Counted from the first letter of the stretch, positions 27,901 through 42,900 are shown. The stretch: DNA of 64,000 nucleotides from Pocillopora damicornis (GCF_003704095.1 NW_020844645.1:124001-188000), one strand, 5' to 3'. Notes: a model not told the origin generated them from the sequence alone. Translations and numbers: made by a program.

Positions 27901-30900
27901 AAAGAATACCATTGAATAGACGGGGTTCAGAACTGCGCTGGCAGCTAACGCTGGATCTGTTCAGTACGAGGTTTTATCATACCACCACAAAGAAGTGTTT
28001 GCGGTGGCAACTTTATATTACAACATAAGAGGAGGACTTACGCCAAAGGGTTCACTTTTGGTCCCTTCTGCTTGTCTTTTCCTGAAGACTGAGGCGGCTC
28101 AGGAGGTAGCAGGTCCACCGAGGTACCTAGACGTACCAGGGCCATGGAGAACAGCCGAGGAAAATGCTCCAAGACCACTTCGCCATTCTCTTCCGAACGC
28201 AACATCTCAGTCAAACCACACGTGATCTGTCGGAGGGAACGTCACTCAGCGTCAGCGTCACTTTTGAGACACGATTGTCACTCTTTCATTAGCTTACGAT
28301 AACGGTAAAAAAACAAATAACAATAAAAAAATAATTGCTGCCCAGAAGTGTGCACCTGTCACTTAAGATCAGGAACGTATCATAGCTCACCGCAGTAGGC
28401 TGTGCAGTCGCTACTCTGATAGTTTCCTTTTTGTTTTTAGGGTTTGTTTTCTCTTGATATGGCAGAGACCTCAGAGATAAATCCAGAATGTAGTCGAATA
28501 TGCTAAGGGATAGGTTCGACTCGCCGGCCATTGTTTTCCAGATATCCAGCACGTTCCTAAAACAACAGAGCATTGTTAGATACAGCAAGTATAAATCCTG
28601 TCTTAGCGTACATGACACGAAAAGGGATTGCAAGGGGTTGGAAGAAAAATGAAAATTATACTCTAGTAAGTTTTGTTTGATAAGTGTCCTCGACAATTTT
28701 TTTTTGCTGTAGTCTGATCGGACAGGTAAGAGTGGTCCTGCACGAATCTGTTGTCGGTAGCAACGACTGACCTTTTTGACATGGTGAATGGAAGTCATCA
28801 TCAGAGTCAATTTTCCTATGATGTCTGAATTTTTTATCAAAACTTACTCCTGCAAACTTAGCTTTAGTGCTTCTGTTTACGTCAACTTGTCCTTGAAATA
28901 ACGGGGTCATTTTGGAGTAATCTGGCTAGATACCATTCCACTTCAAGGGCAAGTTTAGAACTTTAAAAAAATCGTAGCTTTCCAATTTGGAAAGAGATAA
29001 GATCTCTCTTACTTAAAATTATCAATTATTCCTACTTTAACATACGGATATCGACATTTTAACGAGGCATACATGAGTTAAAAATAAATACCAACTCTTA
29101 GGCTTACTGATCATAAGGTAAGGGAAACTCTAGAAGTCCCGTGAGAACAGGAACTAGATGATGCGACGCGAGCGTTCTGAATACGCGAAGAGTTCCCGTC
29201 CTGGTCTGTGCGTGTGTGATGTTCATAAGACTGGTATGGAGTTCCTTCACCAGATTACCAACCTACGAATGAGAATTTTGTTGAGTCGTCATTAATAACT
29301 GTTATAAGAATGAAAATGAAGTGATACAAGCGATGTAATAATATTCTTATTTCAGACAATGTTCTCTTTCACAAGTGTTTCAGTCCAGTAGCAGCACAGA
29401 TGGGAGCTTTCTGATGAAAGTGAGTTTATGACATGCTGCGGATTTTCTTCCAAATTACACAGTACTCACTGTCAACGTAGTATTGGCGAGCCCACATAAG
29501 TTTTGAAAACGATTCAACAGGAAACTAATATCCCTCGATCACTACTTAAATAAAACCTAGAGGTAAAAAAAAGGGGAGAGAACCCTCTTTAAATTCTTCT
29601 CTTTTCTTTAATCGGTTTAATCTTATCGCTACCAACAATGACAAAAGTAAAAATGCCTCAAGAACTTTTACGAACATTGTAGCTTGTACTCATACGCTTT
29701 GTTTTCCATCTTAATCATTATCAAACAAATAAAACATTTTATTTCGAGTTCTTTCCCTAATGTTTAAGAGTCTTTGTGAAAAGGTGTTCGAGCAGGATCG
29801 CTTTCCATCGCTTTATCGACTCCGGTATTTATTCCTCCCGGGACGTGGGCGTCATTTCCCGAACAGCGGCTAGTTGCTACTGTTCTTGATGATCTATTCA
29901 GTCAATGCTTACATCTTTCCTTATTTCTTGTCCTCTTATCCTGATAATGCTGTTGAGTACGACACATGAACCACTTGAACTGTGAGATTGACAGTCTGTT
30001 AAACCTTCCAACAAAGTGAGCACGAATGACGACATATGTTCGCTCTGAAGTTTTTTGGCGACAACCTGGGACGAAAAAGACACAATAATGTGAACTACAT
30101 GACCAGCTTAATCATCGGGCAGAATGCGTGGACAGCATTAATTATTCATAACCGATAACGCGGCGAATTCAAACGCGACCTCGCTTTGAAGGACCGCTAA
30201 ATTAGAGAAGAATTGGCCAAAATTAGCCCACGAGGCTTAGCAAAACTCACTTTCTAAGTTTTAGAAGTGCTTACTTCTGGTCAACGCACGGCTTTTTGAA
30301 GATTAAAGATGTATCTACAAAAAAGCAGGTAAAATGAACGATTTTTACGAAGTAGAAGCATTATCCTTTTGTACTTGAAAATACTCAAAATTCGGTTGTA
30401 ACCATAGCCTCACTTTGAAGTCTTTTCTATGAAATTTGCATCGCCGGATTGGAAGAAAGAAATTTACCTTAGACAAGTCACTAGCGACGCTAAACAGAAT
30501 GTTGGGATCATCTTCTGTTGCTCTTTTTTTGAGAGTCGGTAATGCATCGACCAGTTCATCCTTACTCTCCAGAGAATAACCTGAAATCATCAAACACAAC
30601 ATCAGATTAATTATACAATAAAGAAACACGCGATTCTACGAGCAGTTGAGCAGTTACAAAGGGGATATACTGGCATTTCTTTAGTTTTTTACTTTCGATA
30701 ACTTCTTCACTGTTCTCGTTTATCGACTACTAACATGACAAATGATTAGCGTTTTGAAATTCCTTGAGCCGACCTACTTGTTCAAGGAAGAGATAAAGTT
30801 ACGAAACGTCGAGAATACCTTCAAAACGCGCAGCTATTTTCAGCACACACTGTACACAGTCCACCGCTGTTTGTCGGATAATTATGACCGGATCTGTACA

Positions 30901-33900
30901 ACGGGGAATGAGGCGAGCCAACAAAGGACCAGCCATGCTAAACGAAGTAGTTTTCTTTAGAAAAAAGAAGTTTACCTTTGTTAGAGTGAGACAGAGAACA
31001 AGAAAACGCTCAGCAAAAATAGCAAAAAAAAAAACCACTCAATCAGAAAAAGCCGTAATCTTTTCCATTCGAAGCAGTTTTTAACATTTTGTAACATTCC
31101 CTATTGGTACTTACCCCACCCACGGTCAGTAGCATGTTTTCGCGGAATCCCTGCAGTAAGGCGAAAATAGTATCCACTGCCCGCTCACGTTCAACACTAA
31201 CTGTGGACACTAGCCAGGGCTCTTGAATGTGCTATGATCAAACAGAATCACAGCATAATCAAATGACTTAGAGGCTTATAAAACCTGAAACCAATGCTGC
31301 ATTTACAAGGTCTCGCGTCACTAGTCAAATTTAACCTACTTTAAAAATGTTCTCAAGTGTAGGTGGGACTGGATCTCGAAGGAGTAGTCCTTTCAATAGC
31401 TTTTGCAAACTCTCCAGTGCTTGTTTTAGTAAAACATTGGGATCTTTCTCCTGTTAAGGAAAAAAATAATCGATATATCAAGAAACAATAAAGCGTGGAA
31501 TGTGAATGTCTGTTCGAGACTAAGATGATAATGGAAGCAACTGGCAACTTCAACATTAATTAACGAGTAGGAGGAAAGAAAACAAATTATGTCTTTTGTA
31601 TTAAAGTTGACAGTTGATCAGATTTCAGAGAAAATACTATTTCAGTCTCCGCAACAAAAGCACCTTAATTCAAATGAAAATCCTCTTTCCTTCTGTTCAA
31701 ATCAGGATGGAATATTCTCGGGTAACAACGATTGCCAAAAGTACTTACCGCTTCGATTTCAATTTTGTGGTGTTTTCCTGTAGGGGAAGTAGATCGTTCT
31801 CCACTGTGTACTGCAAATACACAGTCCGTGCTTGTTTTAACAATCTCAAAAACCTCAGCATCTGTGAATCTGGGATTAAGTTTCCTAATATTCAGTTAAG
31901 AAAATGCGAGTCAAAGAAAACCAATAGCCGAGTTTCAGCCACTTATTCCAAATCCGAGTGGAAGCCTCGGGAATTATACTTAAAGCCTAATAGCACCACT
32001 GAGGCGATACACCTCCTGATCTCTGAAATGCGTCATATGAAAGTCTCCTAAAATTTTCGTTCACCACACACAACTCCAAAGATACCGTCTGTCCCAAACG
32101 GTAAGAAGGAACTTAGGGAAAAATTAAAAAGAATCATGCTGCCTCTCTCCACCCAGGAGTATAAAAAGGTCCAATCGAATTATTAGGGAAGACTGATGAA
32201 ATGCATGGAGTTAACCTTGCGCTGGACCGGCATCCTATCCAGAGAAGGGGGGGCATCTCATCCAGGGAAGGGGTAGTAATACTTCTTGTTGCTTCTTGCC
32301 GTGGAAGCCGGGATAAGCTCCGGCTGAATGGGACACTTGACTCAGACTTTAGTCAAGACTTTACTTTAGGAGAGTCTCATGGCGACACATTCAACACGAT
32401 TAAAGATTTTACTTAATCTCGATAAGAAAACTGCAATAGGCCTCAACAAAACGTCAAAGGATACGTTAAACTCGCGCATGCGTCCATCGCCAGGGCACGA
32501 GTCTCTGTTGTGACAATGGATGGCGGTTCTGCCTTCATGTACGCCTACACAAAAGAGTCCTTATTACAATTTGGCACTTATAATTCTCTAACTCTCATAA
32601 CTCCTTATCAATTCTACTAAGTCTGATAAAATGTTTGATTATATTTGCCACTGATTTGCAATCTTCTCCGGAACCCACCAACATGTGATTGATAAGTTCC
32701 TTTCGTTTCGTGAAGATAAACTCTGGTTGCTGTAGTCGACCAGGTTCCAGTGCTTTGCCAATGAGCTCGGTTGCTCGGATGAGGTTCTGTTTGACGTGCA
32801 TGTCCTGGAGAGAGTCGAAAGATAAAGGGTAAAAGATACTGTTCAAATGTGACAGTATTTATACACATTGTTTCAACAGATATATTATCACTGAGGATGC
32901 AAGAATGTGTCAAATGAGCCATCAATGATGGTGGGAAACAGCACACATCATGAAGATTCTAAGCCGAAGTCATATTTACCTTCACGTTTCCATAATGACG
33001 ACTAATGACTCGAAAAATACTGGTCTCTAGTCTGGACGTTATCAAACTGAAAAGAGATTAGGAAAAACTTAAGGTCTTCCCTTAGTGCTGTTAACGAAAC
33101 AAGGGGAAAAATAGTTGAGCATTTATATCAAAGATTAAAATGTAACGTCAGCATGACAACTCCAGTACATCTAATGTAATACTGATTGGACCGATTGTGA
33201 ACATGTTTACAGTTCAGACAACCCACGTTGATGACAGCTGTTCTGTTTTGGTTCCTGCATAACTGAATCGTACATGTAATGCAATTGTAAGTCCAAATTC
33301 AATACATTACACGTCGACGATCCGAAAAGTGAAGCAAAAAAAAGATGTAAAGATAAATTTACTAACCCTGGTGGACCGTACAGAACCGTGTATCCATAAC
33401 ATAACATCACTGTGCTCTTTATTTTTTCTGTTTCAGAATCGGATTTGTCCTAAGGGGAAAAAGAATACGTTTACAGGAAGTTACCTAGTTTTGACCATGT
33501 TAAACGACAATATTATCGATTTCCAGCTTTTGCTCACTGCACACGCCTCTTTCCCAGGCGCCACTCTGCTAGAGAGACGTCATTTTGTTTCTTCCTTTTA
33601 CGGTCATTTGTGCCATAAACTCGTCAGCAGTCGCTCGTAGGCTTCATGACACGACTGGATAGGAGGAGGCCGATTTACTAACGTTTGAGAAACAAGTGCA
33701 ACATTTTTTAACCAATCATGACAACGAAACTTTTCCTTTAACCAAAACGTGAACCAAAGGCATTCCCGATATGTTCAAGCTAAGTGGCCTCCTCTAATTC
33801 AAGAAATATGCATCATGGCTCATTATGTTGGATCGAAAAACGAACAAAATCAATCCTTATATTTTATGTGGATACAGCCCTTTGTTCAATTGTAGTTAGT

Positions 33901-36900
33901 GATTTTTACTTCAATCATACCTTCATAAAACTCAAGATTCCTGAAGATTTTTTGGACATCTCGTTTTTAGACACCTGCTCCAATTTAAGTAACACTTGGT
34001 CAAGATTAGTACTGGCAGAAAATCCGATGCCTATTGCACAGCCCTGGAATGATAATAAAGAAAAAAATAAAAGTAAATTATGTTTCCGAACATAGATATT
34101 TTAGCATCACAGACTCACTCCTTTGAGCGCCTCATTAAGGGCACCGGCAGTTTTGGTGCTAAAAGTTCTGTATAAAAACTGCATCTAAGTAAATTTGAAC
34201 TCAAGGCTTAAAAACATTGTCGTCATGAAAAGACATTAATCTCACCTCTCTCTCCAGTTGACTTGAATGCTTCACTGAACTAAACATAATGTTTAGGTGA
34301 TTTTGAACAAAATCTTTGTTTCCCACTTTGTTCAGAACAACACCAAGGCTCTTAAAGAGGAAGTTCTGTGGACGAGGAAAAAAAAAGGAAAAAGAAAAAC
34401 GCTATGGGTAACATGACGCAAAATCATAAAAATTATGCGAAACACCACTCTACCCCTCCCCACTCCATCACTGGCCCACTGAGAGCTCTAGGTATAGTAA
34501 GAAATAAACTTAGCTTATATGGTATGCGTCTCGCATACTACTGGGATCGGCAATGAGAAATAACAGTTTGAGATTGATCCTCGAATGAAATATCATGATA
34601 TTCATCTGTGACGAAAGAACGTAAAGAAAAACTCCGAACGCTGATGAGAGTGTAGCACATACACTACCTTCTCTTCTGGGAAGTTTGTATATAGTGATAT
34701 CTGTTTTGCCATTTCTGTTCCGAGCGAACACACCCATTCCTCAGAATCCACTTCATCAACACTCTTCGAAACAAACTGAAAACAGGAAAAAAGGCAAATA
34801 TCTATAATTCTCAAACATTTCTTAAGTTAACCCTTTACCCTTTCGAGTGATAAGCATCTATATTCTCCCCAGAGTATCATTCCTGGATCAAACATAACGA
34901 TCATAAGAATGAAGTAGCTCTTGATCGTTAAACAAATTCTCCTTGTAAGGACAGTAGGAAATATAAAGGGAACAGTATGGAGAAACGATTGTCCTGATGA
35001 AATGGTTCCACTCTAGGGAATATTCTTCCCAAACTGATGTTTGGTTTACAGGTGAAAGAGGACCAAATAAGTGAAAAAGTAAACTTGTTTATGATATCTC
35101 TAAATTTAAGTTTGCTGAACGTATTTAGAGTAAACTCTCGGCCCCAAGAGTCTCGGTCACTCGTGGCAGTTTATGTAAGGATTAAAGGATTAGCCTCAAT
35201 GTTTAAATAGTAAAACAACTAAAGGATAAATCATTTCTGAATTCTGCTCGGATCTCCCTTAAGAGAAGGGATCTAAACGCTAATGACTTCAGTGGTATCA
35301 CCGTTAAAACAAAAGCTTCACCAGGAATTCAGTATTCTTCTTTAAATTCGCTTTGTGATTGGTCCGGAAAACTCACACCACTATCTCAACCAATCAGATG
35401 CAAAACCAATCGCAACTTGGCCGCTCGCGTTTTCCCGCGAAATTTGCAATTTGTTCTGTTTTACTTTGAGTCCTCATTGGCCGCTAAAGGTATTTTCCTT
35501 TCTTCCGATTGGCCATTGTGATTACTTTGGGTTTGGTTTTACTACACTCAATCTAAAAGCGCTCAGCCTCTTCCTAATATCTCTGTCTTCCATCACGTTT
35601 CACTCACCTTCAGTACTAAGTCCTCCCAAGCTTTTTGACTCCATTTTTCTTTATCTTCCGTGTTTTCTGCAAAGACAGAGTAATAACATTACGCATATCC
35701 AACGAACACATAAATTACCCCAAAATCGAAGTGTTGGGTTAAATTTGATCAATGATTCACATTTCTTGAAGTTTTGACGCACCTTCTAAATACTGCATGA
35801 GTTTAGGAATCACTGTGTCCCACATCTCTACCAAGTTAGGTTGTAGAATGGGTGCAAGAACCTTAAGAAGCTTCAGCACGTTATCCCCTCGACCACTTCC
35901 CGGCAGAGGACATCCTGCCATTACCTGTGAACAACAATAGGGTGTAAAGAGGTGATGAAAAGAATTAAACTGCATTTACAAATGAGGTTTAGCCCGAAGT
36001 GTGCGCAAGAGACTTTCGCCTAAATTAATATTGTAAAGCTTCAGGTAGACTAAGAAAGGCCTCATTTCATGTTTTTGTTGCGTTATTCCGGCCAGCGGAA
36101 CCACGCACGAGACGAACACGAGGAGAGGGCAAGGAAAGAAACACGTAGGTAGTGGAAGTGAAACTACACTATGCGAAATTTTTGGCCACGGAATAAACAA
36201 CTCCTCCTCGAGTAGAAACAAGTACAATTTACTTTAACTCCTCTCCGGTGTAAACGACGTAGGTTGAAACTAAAATAACAAACAATTACAAAAGTTACAC
36301 AATATATGATAAGAAGAAATAACAACCAACACGACGGAAAGAGGACTAGAAAACACTTACATTTTTACGACCACAGAAAAGACCAGTATTGATACTGAAA
36401 AATGCTAAGGCCAAAAAAAATAAAGGAAAGGGACGAGCGAAAACGGCGATACGTTATTGAACTGCGCTAAGCGCGAAAAACGAGAGGACAGGCATATTAC
36501 TGCTTTATGTACATCGATAAATAATGCGAGGTAGCAATAGGGAGGTAATAACGTGGCAATAAAATGACAAAAAAAGGCATTTATGAAACAATAAGTGTGA
36601 ACGTTCGCTAGTCACGGGGTGAAAGACTTAAATAATAGACTTTGAACACGTGAAGAATCCAACAAGAAAAAAATGTCGCACTTGGAACTTACACACCGAC
36701 CCCTAAGTGCGGAGTGCGTGCGAGGCTCTTATATTATAATTGAATTAGTTCTAAGTGTCTCTTTCAATAGTCCTCGATTAAATGCAGTCGTAGGATACAC
36801 GAAAGTCATTCGGCGGGAAAGCTCAAGCTTCCAAAAGCAGGCAAAGTTTATCAATCGATCTCTCCACAACAGCTCTCTTTACTTTCACCTCGGCACGCCA

Positions 36901-39900
36901 AACCAAACCTTTCTTGCAGGTGAGAACTTCGATAACCCTACCGAGAGGCCACGTGTTGCGAGGTGAATTTTCCGCGCTGATCTCCAGCGAAGCGATGTCC
37001 ATTTCTGTCTGGTCCGGAGCAGGAGCAGATATTCTCTAAATCATCGTTTCCAAAAAGTGTCGGCAAGAGATTGCACTTGTCTCCACCTGCGTCGCGACAA
37101 AGAATCCTCCTTTTGGAATAATCCAGGGGCATCTGAGGTTCTGATTGCAAAAGAAGCAAATGGTTAGGTGTCAAAAGCTCCGGGTCTTGTGAATCACATG
37201 AAACTATCTTGCGGGTAGTGACTCATATGGGGGTTAAATATCCACTTGATATTCTTCTGTAATCGAGCTTGACAGATTTCGTTGTGACTCCATGCATTGA
37301 TAGATTCCCTAAGTTTTCTCTCGCCTCTAGTGAAGTTGGTACCATTGTCTGATCTGATTTCTTGAACTTGGCCCCTTCGCGCTATAAATCGTCTTAATGC
37401 CATCAAAAAAAAGAATCTGTTTCCAGGATGTGTGCGACCTCTATGAGAACCGCCCGGACAGCTAAGCAGGTAAAAATGACTCCTTATCTTTTCACAAGGC
37501 TTCGACCACGGCGTACTTGGAAAGGACAATCAATCCCAACGGACGTAAAGGGTGGTCGGTCAGGAGTCTGACGATCAACAGGGAGGTCAGCCATTTTCTG
37601 TTCACAAACTAGGCCTTGGCGGCGCCGGCGCCGACACACTTGGAGAGTACTCTTCTTTCGACGAAAATGATGATCCAAAACTATGTACCAGGCTCTGCCT
37701 TGTTCGAGGCTATTCTGATCGGGTGAACTTGCGTGTGTAACCCTTAGACACAATGTCTTCCATAAAGACTTTATAATCTTCCAACAATCTCGGCTCTCTC
37801 TTCAGTTTCCTTTTCAACCAGTTTGCGCGCTGCATAGCCTGAGAAATGTTGTTTGGTACTGGTGCCTGACGATTTTTTAATGGCAAAGAGATTTGATAGA
37901 TCAGCTTTAGTGAAGAAGCCTGATGCCTGCGAATCATGACGATGACGACTTAAGGGTCAGTCAACCGCCCAGCCACTACGTGTTCTTGAGGCGTACGGAC
38001 CTCCGTCTTGACTGTGCTTACTCTCAAGTGGATCAAGGACTTAAGGAACATCACTAGCAATCAGGAGACCGACTTCGGCACGGACATGAGGTAGGGAGAC
38101 TCTGCAGGTGAGGCCACTGATCAATGTCCTCTTGAGTTTGAATATCGCCGCAGCATACAGGGATCTCTGGCCTGGTGTACAACATTAGGAGGCTGATCCA
38201 CTCGTTCTCGTCCAAGTCGAAAATAAGAAGATCACGAACAAGGAAGTTTTTCATTGCACTGTTTTTCTTCTCCAGGGTCGATAGGGTTATCTTAGTCTGC
38301 TGACCGTTGACTTCTAATTGCTTCATCAACGACTCTGTACAGAGACTTGAATAGCTACCATTGTCCAGGTAGGTATTGGTGACTACGCTCCTACCAACAA
38401 CTCTCGCCCTCACTTTAACTGGTATCACGGCCACGGTTGTCCTGCCACTTTCCTTTAAGATCTGAGGTTTTGCGTCCTTGCCTATGTTTACCATGCTGCC
38501 ACAAACTTGAGCGTCAACGTCATCTTCTGCGCCGACACCGACGTCTGTTGTATGTTTCCCACGGGGAATGGTGTGTAAAATGGAAGAGTGTTTTCGTTGT
38601 AACTCGATTGTCTATCTCCTAAAATCTTCACCGGCTGTGGGCGCAGAAAGACCATGTGGGCCATGAAGAACGAAATTACAAGGATCGCTCTACTCTGAAT
38701 ACGGTACTTCTTCCTAAGTAGTCCTACTCACGCGGGGAGGAACAGCGGAATCTTGGTCATTGACCCTCGGTTCCAATTTGACTGGCTGTTGTTGCGGTAA
38801 AAATGGGGTGGTCATTGCAGCGAGGGCTCTTTCCTATGCTGATGTCTTCGCTATTTCAGCTCCCAACTTTTGGCGAGTCTCTTCTTGTTTCACACGAAAC
38901 TTCTTTTCCTTGGGAGCTTGACATTTTTCGAGCATGGCAATTTTGGCTTCCAATTCCGCGACTCTTGCCGCTTCTTTGGCTCTCGCAATTGTGACTAACG
39001 CGGTGCAGCTGCCACGCGAACTTGCTCGGCTTGAGAGTTTTGAAACCTTAGAAGCATTTGAGGCTCTTGATGCCTTTGATGGTTCTGGCGCGCTAGCACA
39101 GCTTACCGAGTCTTCAGGTTTTACAACTGAATCCACTCGAAGCGATTCTGCTAGGAATTTCTCCGCAGTCACAGTTATCCAGTCGGCGATCTGCTAGTGG
39201 AATAAGCCCAATTTTCTTTCTTCACTTTCAAGGTAAAGCTGGCATTCAGCGATGCCATCCTCGTCCAGAATCTCGCTGCTATAATCGTGATGAGCTACTC
39301 GGGGTCTTTGTAAAGCGTTATCCACATGAATAAGCTTCTCTTTCACTTCTTGAAGGTTCCGGTCATCAGATATCAAACCAATAATTTCGTTCGATTTGGC
39401 GGTAACGGCGGATGCGTGACCTGATCTCGGACTTTTCTTCAAGCAAATTGTGTCCAGCTTAACTGCTTCCAAGTCCAGCGTACGCTTTGGTTGTTGCCCA
39501 CGAGCACCGACTCGTCCACCAATTGGCTCCGTAAACTGACTAGTCCTGTCGTTCCTGCACAATTTTCAACAATGAAACTACACTAGGCGAAATTTGTGGC
39601 CACGGAATGAAAATCTCACGTCGTATAGAAATAAATAAATACAATTCACTTCAACTCCTCACCGGCGTAAACGACGTAAGTTGAAACTAAAATAACAAAC
39701 AACTACAAACGTGACACAATATATGATATAAAAGAAATAACAAACAACACAACGGAAAGAGGACTATAAAACACTTACATTGTTGCGGCCACAGAAAAGA
39801 CCACTATTGATACTGCAAAATGCCAAGGCCGAGAGAAAGAAAAGAAAAGGAAAAGGACAAGCGAAAACGGCGGTACGTTACTGAACTGAACTGCGCTTAA

Positions 39901-42900
39901 CGCGATAAATTATGCCAGGTAGCAATAGGGCGGCAATAGGATGGCAATAAAATAACAAAAAAGGCGCTAATGAAACTATAAGTATAAACGTTCGCTAGTT
40001 ACGGGGTGAAAAGACTATAATAACCTGTAAACACGTGAAGAATCCAACATGAAAAAATGTCGCACTTAGAACTTACAGGAAAAGCGAAATGAATGACACG
40101 TGAAACAATTTTTTTTTTCGCTTCTTCTTCGCGCGTCTTGTCCTTCACGCTACCTGCGCTCGCTTGAAAAACGCAAAAAATATGACTCTCTCTGTAAGCT
40201 TCAGGTAGATCAGAACAGTCCCACATTAAATTACGAGAAAAACGAAGGGATTAATAAGATGTAGAACCGGCCACATCGCTCACGAGAACAAAGCAAGGGA
40301 CTCTGACTTTACCGCGTCACGGCCACAGTCTGAGTATTATGTTCCATGGGTGTTGTAGTAGATTGTGGTTCGATTGTAAGAATAATTTATGCTTGAGTAG
40401 CAGCAAACTTCCCCTTGTGAGCGTATCAGCCGCAAACATTGACTCCCCAGATGAGAGAGCTTCTGTAAATTCAGTGTTCCACCTCTGACCCACCTCCGAT
40501 CGTCTTTGAGATGTGCGCGGCCGATAGAAGCCGTACAGGAGCGCGAAACGAAGCGCGGGTAAGGCGACAGTGAGAGAAAAATACTTGTTATTCCCCGTTC
40601 AACCACTCCTTTCACAACTTCCTAAAACGCCCGTTGCGCACGAGTTATAGGAATGCTACGAGTCAGCTATCCGCTGCAAATCGCTACAAGTTATTAACGA
40701 AGAATGTCACTACTCACTAAGAGACGGGAGATGATAGCTGCTGGCTTGGGCATGTTGGCTGCAAGGAAATGGAACACACTAGATTATTATCTATCAGTCA
40801 CGCCATTAGATAGGGTGTTGCTTTGACATATTATGCTTCAGTTCGATTTTATCCTTGCTTTAAAAAGTTTTGTTCATTAATGTATGGCCATAGAAGAGTT
40901 TGATAATGACTTTGGACCAAAAAAGGACAGAGGTGTAAGGGTAAAGGATAGGGGATAAAATTCATAGAATAAAACAAGTTTTAAGAATCTTAGGTGTTAA
41001 CATCTAAACGCAAAAACCGTAGATTCTGCAAGGAAAACAAAAAAAAAATGCTTCAATCAATTTGGAAGGTTTTGGAAACTATGAGTGAGCGTTGATGTGA
41101 TACACCAGATTAAAAGGCTTCAGTATTTCCGACGGATCCTGATTTGTCTCAAACCTCACCCTTCTACATCAAACAAAGAAATCGCCCCTAGATGGCCTGT
41201 ACAAATGTTTTGTACCCATTGATTTATGACGAGAATATAATAAACAGACCAAGCTGCATGCACGCATAATCAAATAACTGACTTACGCTTTGCATCAAAA
41301 TCAATACTGAAATCCGCTGCCTCCTCCTCTCGTTTCTTGGTTGCTAGGTGACAGATACATCGACAAAGAGGATTCATGGCTTGAGTAAATGTTTCAGGAA
41401 CAAGGCACTCCAGTAAGAATGGCCACAGCACCTACGAAGGAAGGGAACGAGTGACAGCAGTTGGAACACGACTCGAGGAACACCGTGCAACACTTCAAGA
41501 AAATTTTGTTGGAGCTATACAATGTACATTGGCGACTCCTTGGTGTTTTGTGAGAAACACTTCTGTGGATTTTCTCCTAAAACAGCTGAACGTTAAGAGG
41601 ATGGGAAAGGTACTATTTTCAAATCTTATTCCCTTTTTATTACTTTCAACAGAGGGAAATTTTACAGCGAGTCAAGATACAAAGAGTGCGAAATTACACA
41701 TGACTCCCACACACGCACAATTATTTCTTAACTATATTTATCGTTTAAATTCGTTGGATTGAAGACAGTCATTTTTTGCGGCGCTTATTCTACGCTTTTT
41801 TTTTTTCTTGAAGTCTGAATGACAATCCAACAAATTTGCAAAAATCTAAGCCTGCCTTTCCTTTCTAAATAACCCTATCACTTACAGGTTCCATGACATC
41901 CACTGTTGTCGTCAGAAGGAAAAGAATGTTTTCACACATCTTTTGAAGAGCTTGAGGAGTTATGGAATCTGCGTCGGTTGGTCTTCTGGTTTTCTGTAGA
42001 AATAATGCATTGAATACTTTTGCCCTACAGCCTTAAACTAGGAAGAGTACTTGGCGCTTTTCGATTGAGTATCGTAAAACCAAAACTAAAATAATCCCAA
42101 AGGCCAGTCAGAAGAAAAGAAAGTACCTTTAAGAGCCAATGAGAACTTAATTCAAACAGACCAATCTGGCTAAAGCGCGGGAAAACGCGGGCGACCAAGT
42201 CGTGGTTTTAGTTTTGCCTCTGATTGGTTTAGAGAGTAGTGCGAGTTTTCTGGACCAATCACATTTCTAAGTAAGGTATGGCCAATGCAATCCCGGATAC
42301 TTTGTTCACTAAATTGAAAATTGCTTCACTCCATGTCGCAAGTAAAACACACTGCTGCTATTAGAAAACTGTATTTTTGATATGAAAAGAAAAACACCAA
42401 CCTCTTCATCGCTCAGTGCACATTGCTTAACAATAAATTCCACCAATTTATGGCCGCCCTCCAATTCCAGGTAACGATGATGAGCCATGGCAGTTATGCA
42501 CTGAGCAAACATGTGCCGCACCTGTAGACCATGGAAATATATTCATAACGTTACAACAATGTATGAAAAAAATTAATAATCAAATGCTTGGAAGCATCGA
42601 TCTTCACCGCTTCGTCTACAAAATTGCGTTCCAGAGTTTAAGAGCATTTTTGCTTTTCTTTAATAAAAATTTCACACAAATTTGGTTTCGATACCCAATC
42701 ACAGGCAATTGCTTCTACTGTAATTAAAGCCTTTAAGTATTCTAATGAAATTTTTTCCCCTTTTAGAATGATGATTAGCAAATTTTACCATTTTTCTCGA
42801 TGAATTTGTTTGTGAAGACAGATTGTAAAGATCAGTCTTTGCAGAGAAGAAAGTTTCACTAAAAATTAGGAAGATAGGTAGTCAGAATATTGGGTTTTCT

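Larger units (their letters stand above)
36159..40077 (-). mobile_element. BEL/Pao LTR retrotransposon 2, decayed, RT/RNase H deleted, in MROH1 intron 15
   Basis: TG...CA LTRs, TSD GGAAG/GGAAA, PPT-like taggggtcggtg. Gag ([23 protein letters not shown]), protease (TYLDNGS) and integrase ([51 protein letters not shown]). Confidence 0.93.

Noticed and set aside
27995-28225. Plus-strand ORFs such as 27995-28225, 31614-32051, 19160-19369 and 48086-48283
   Set aside because: Antisense shadows of MROH1 exons
29461-29560. Apparent minus-strand AG...GTGAGT exon candidate in MROH1
   Set aside because: Contains in-frame stops; exon 29108-29262 supplies the expected sequence in phase
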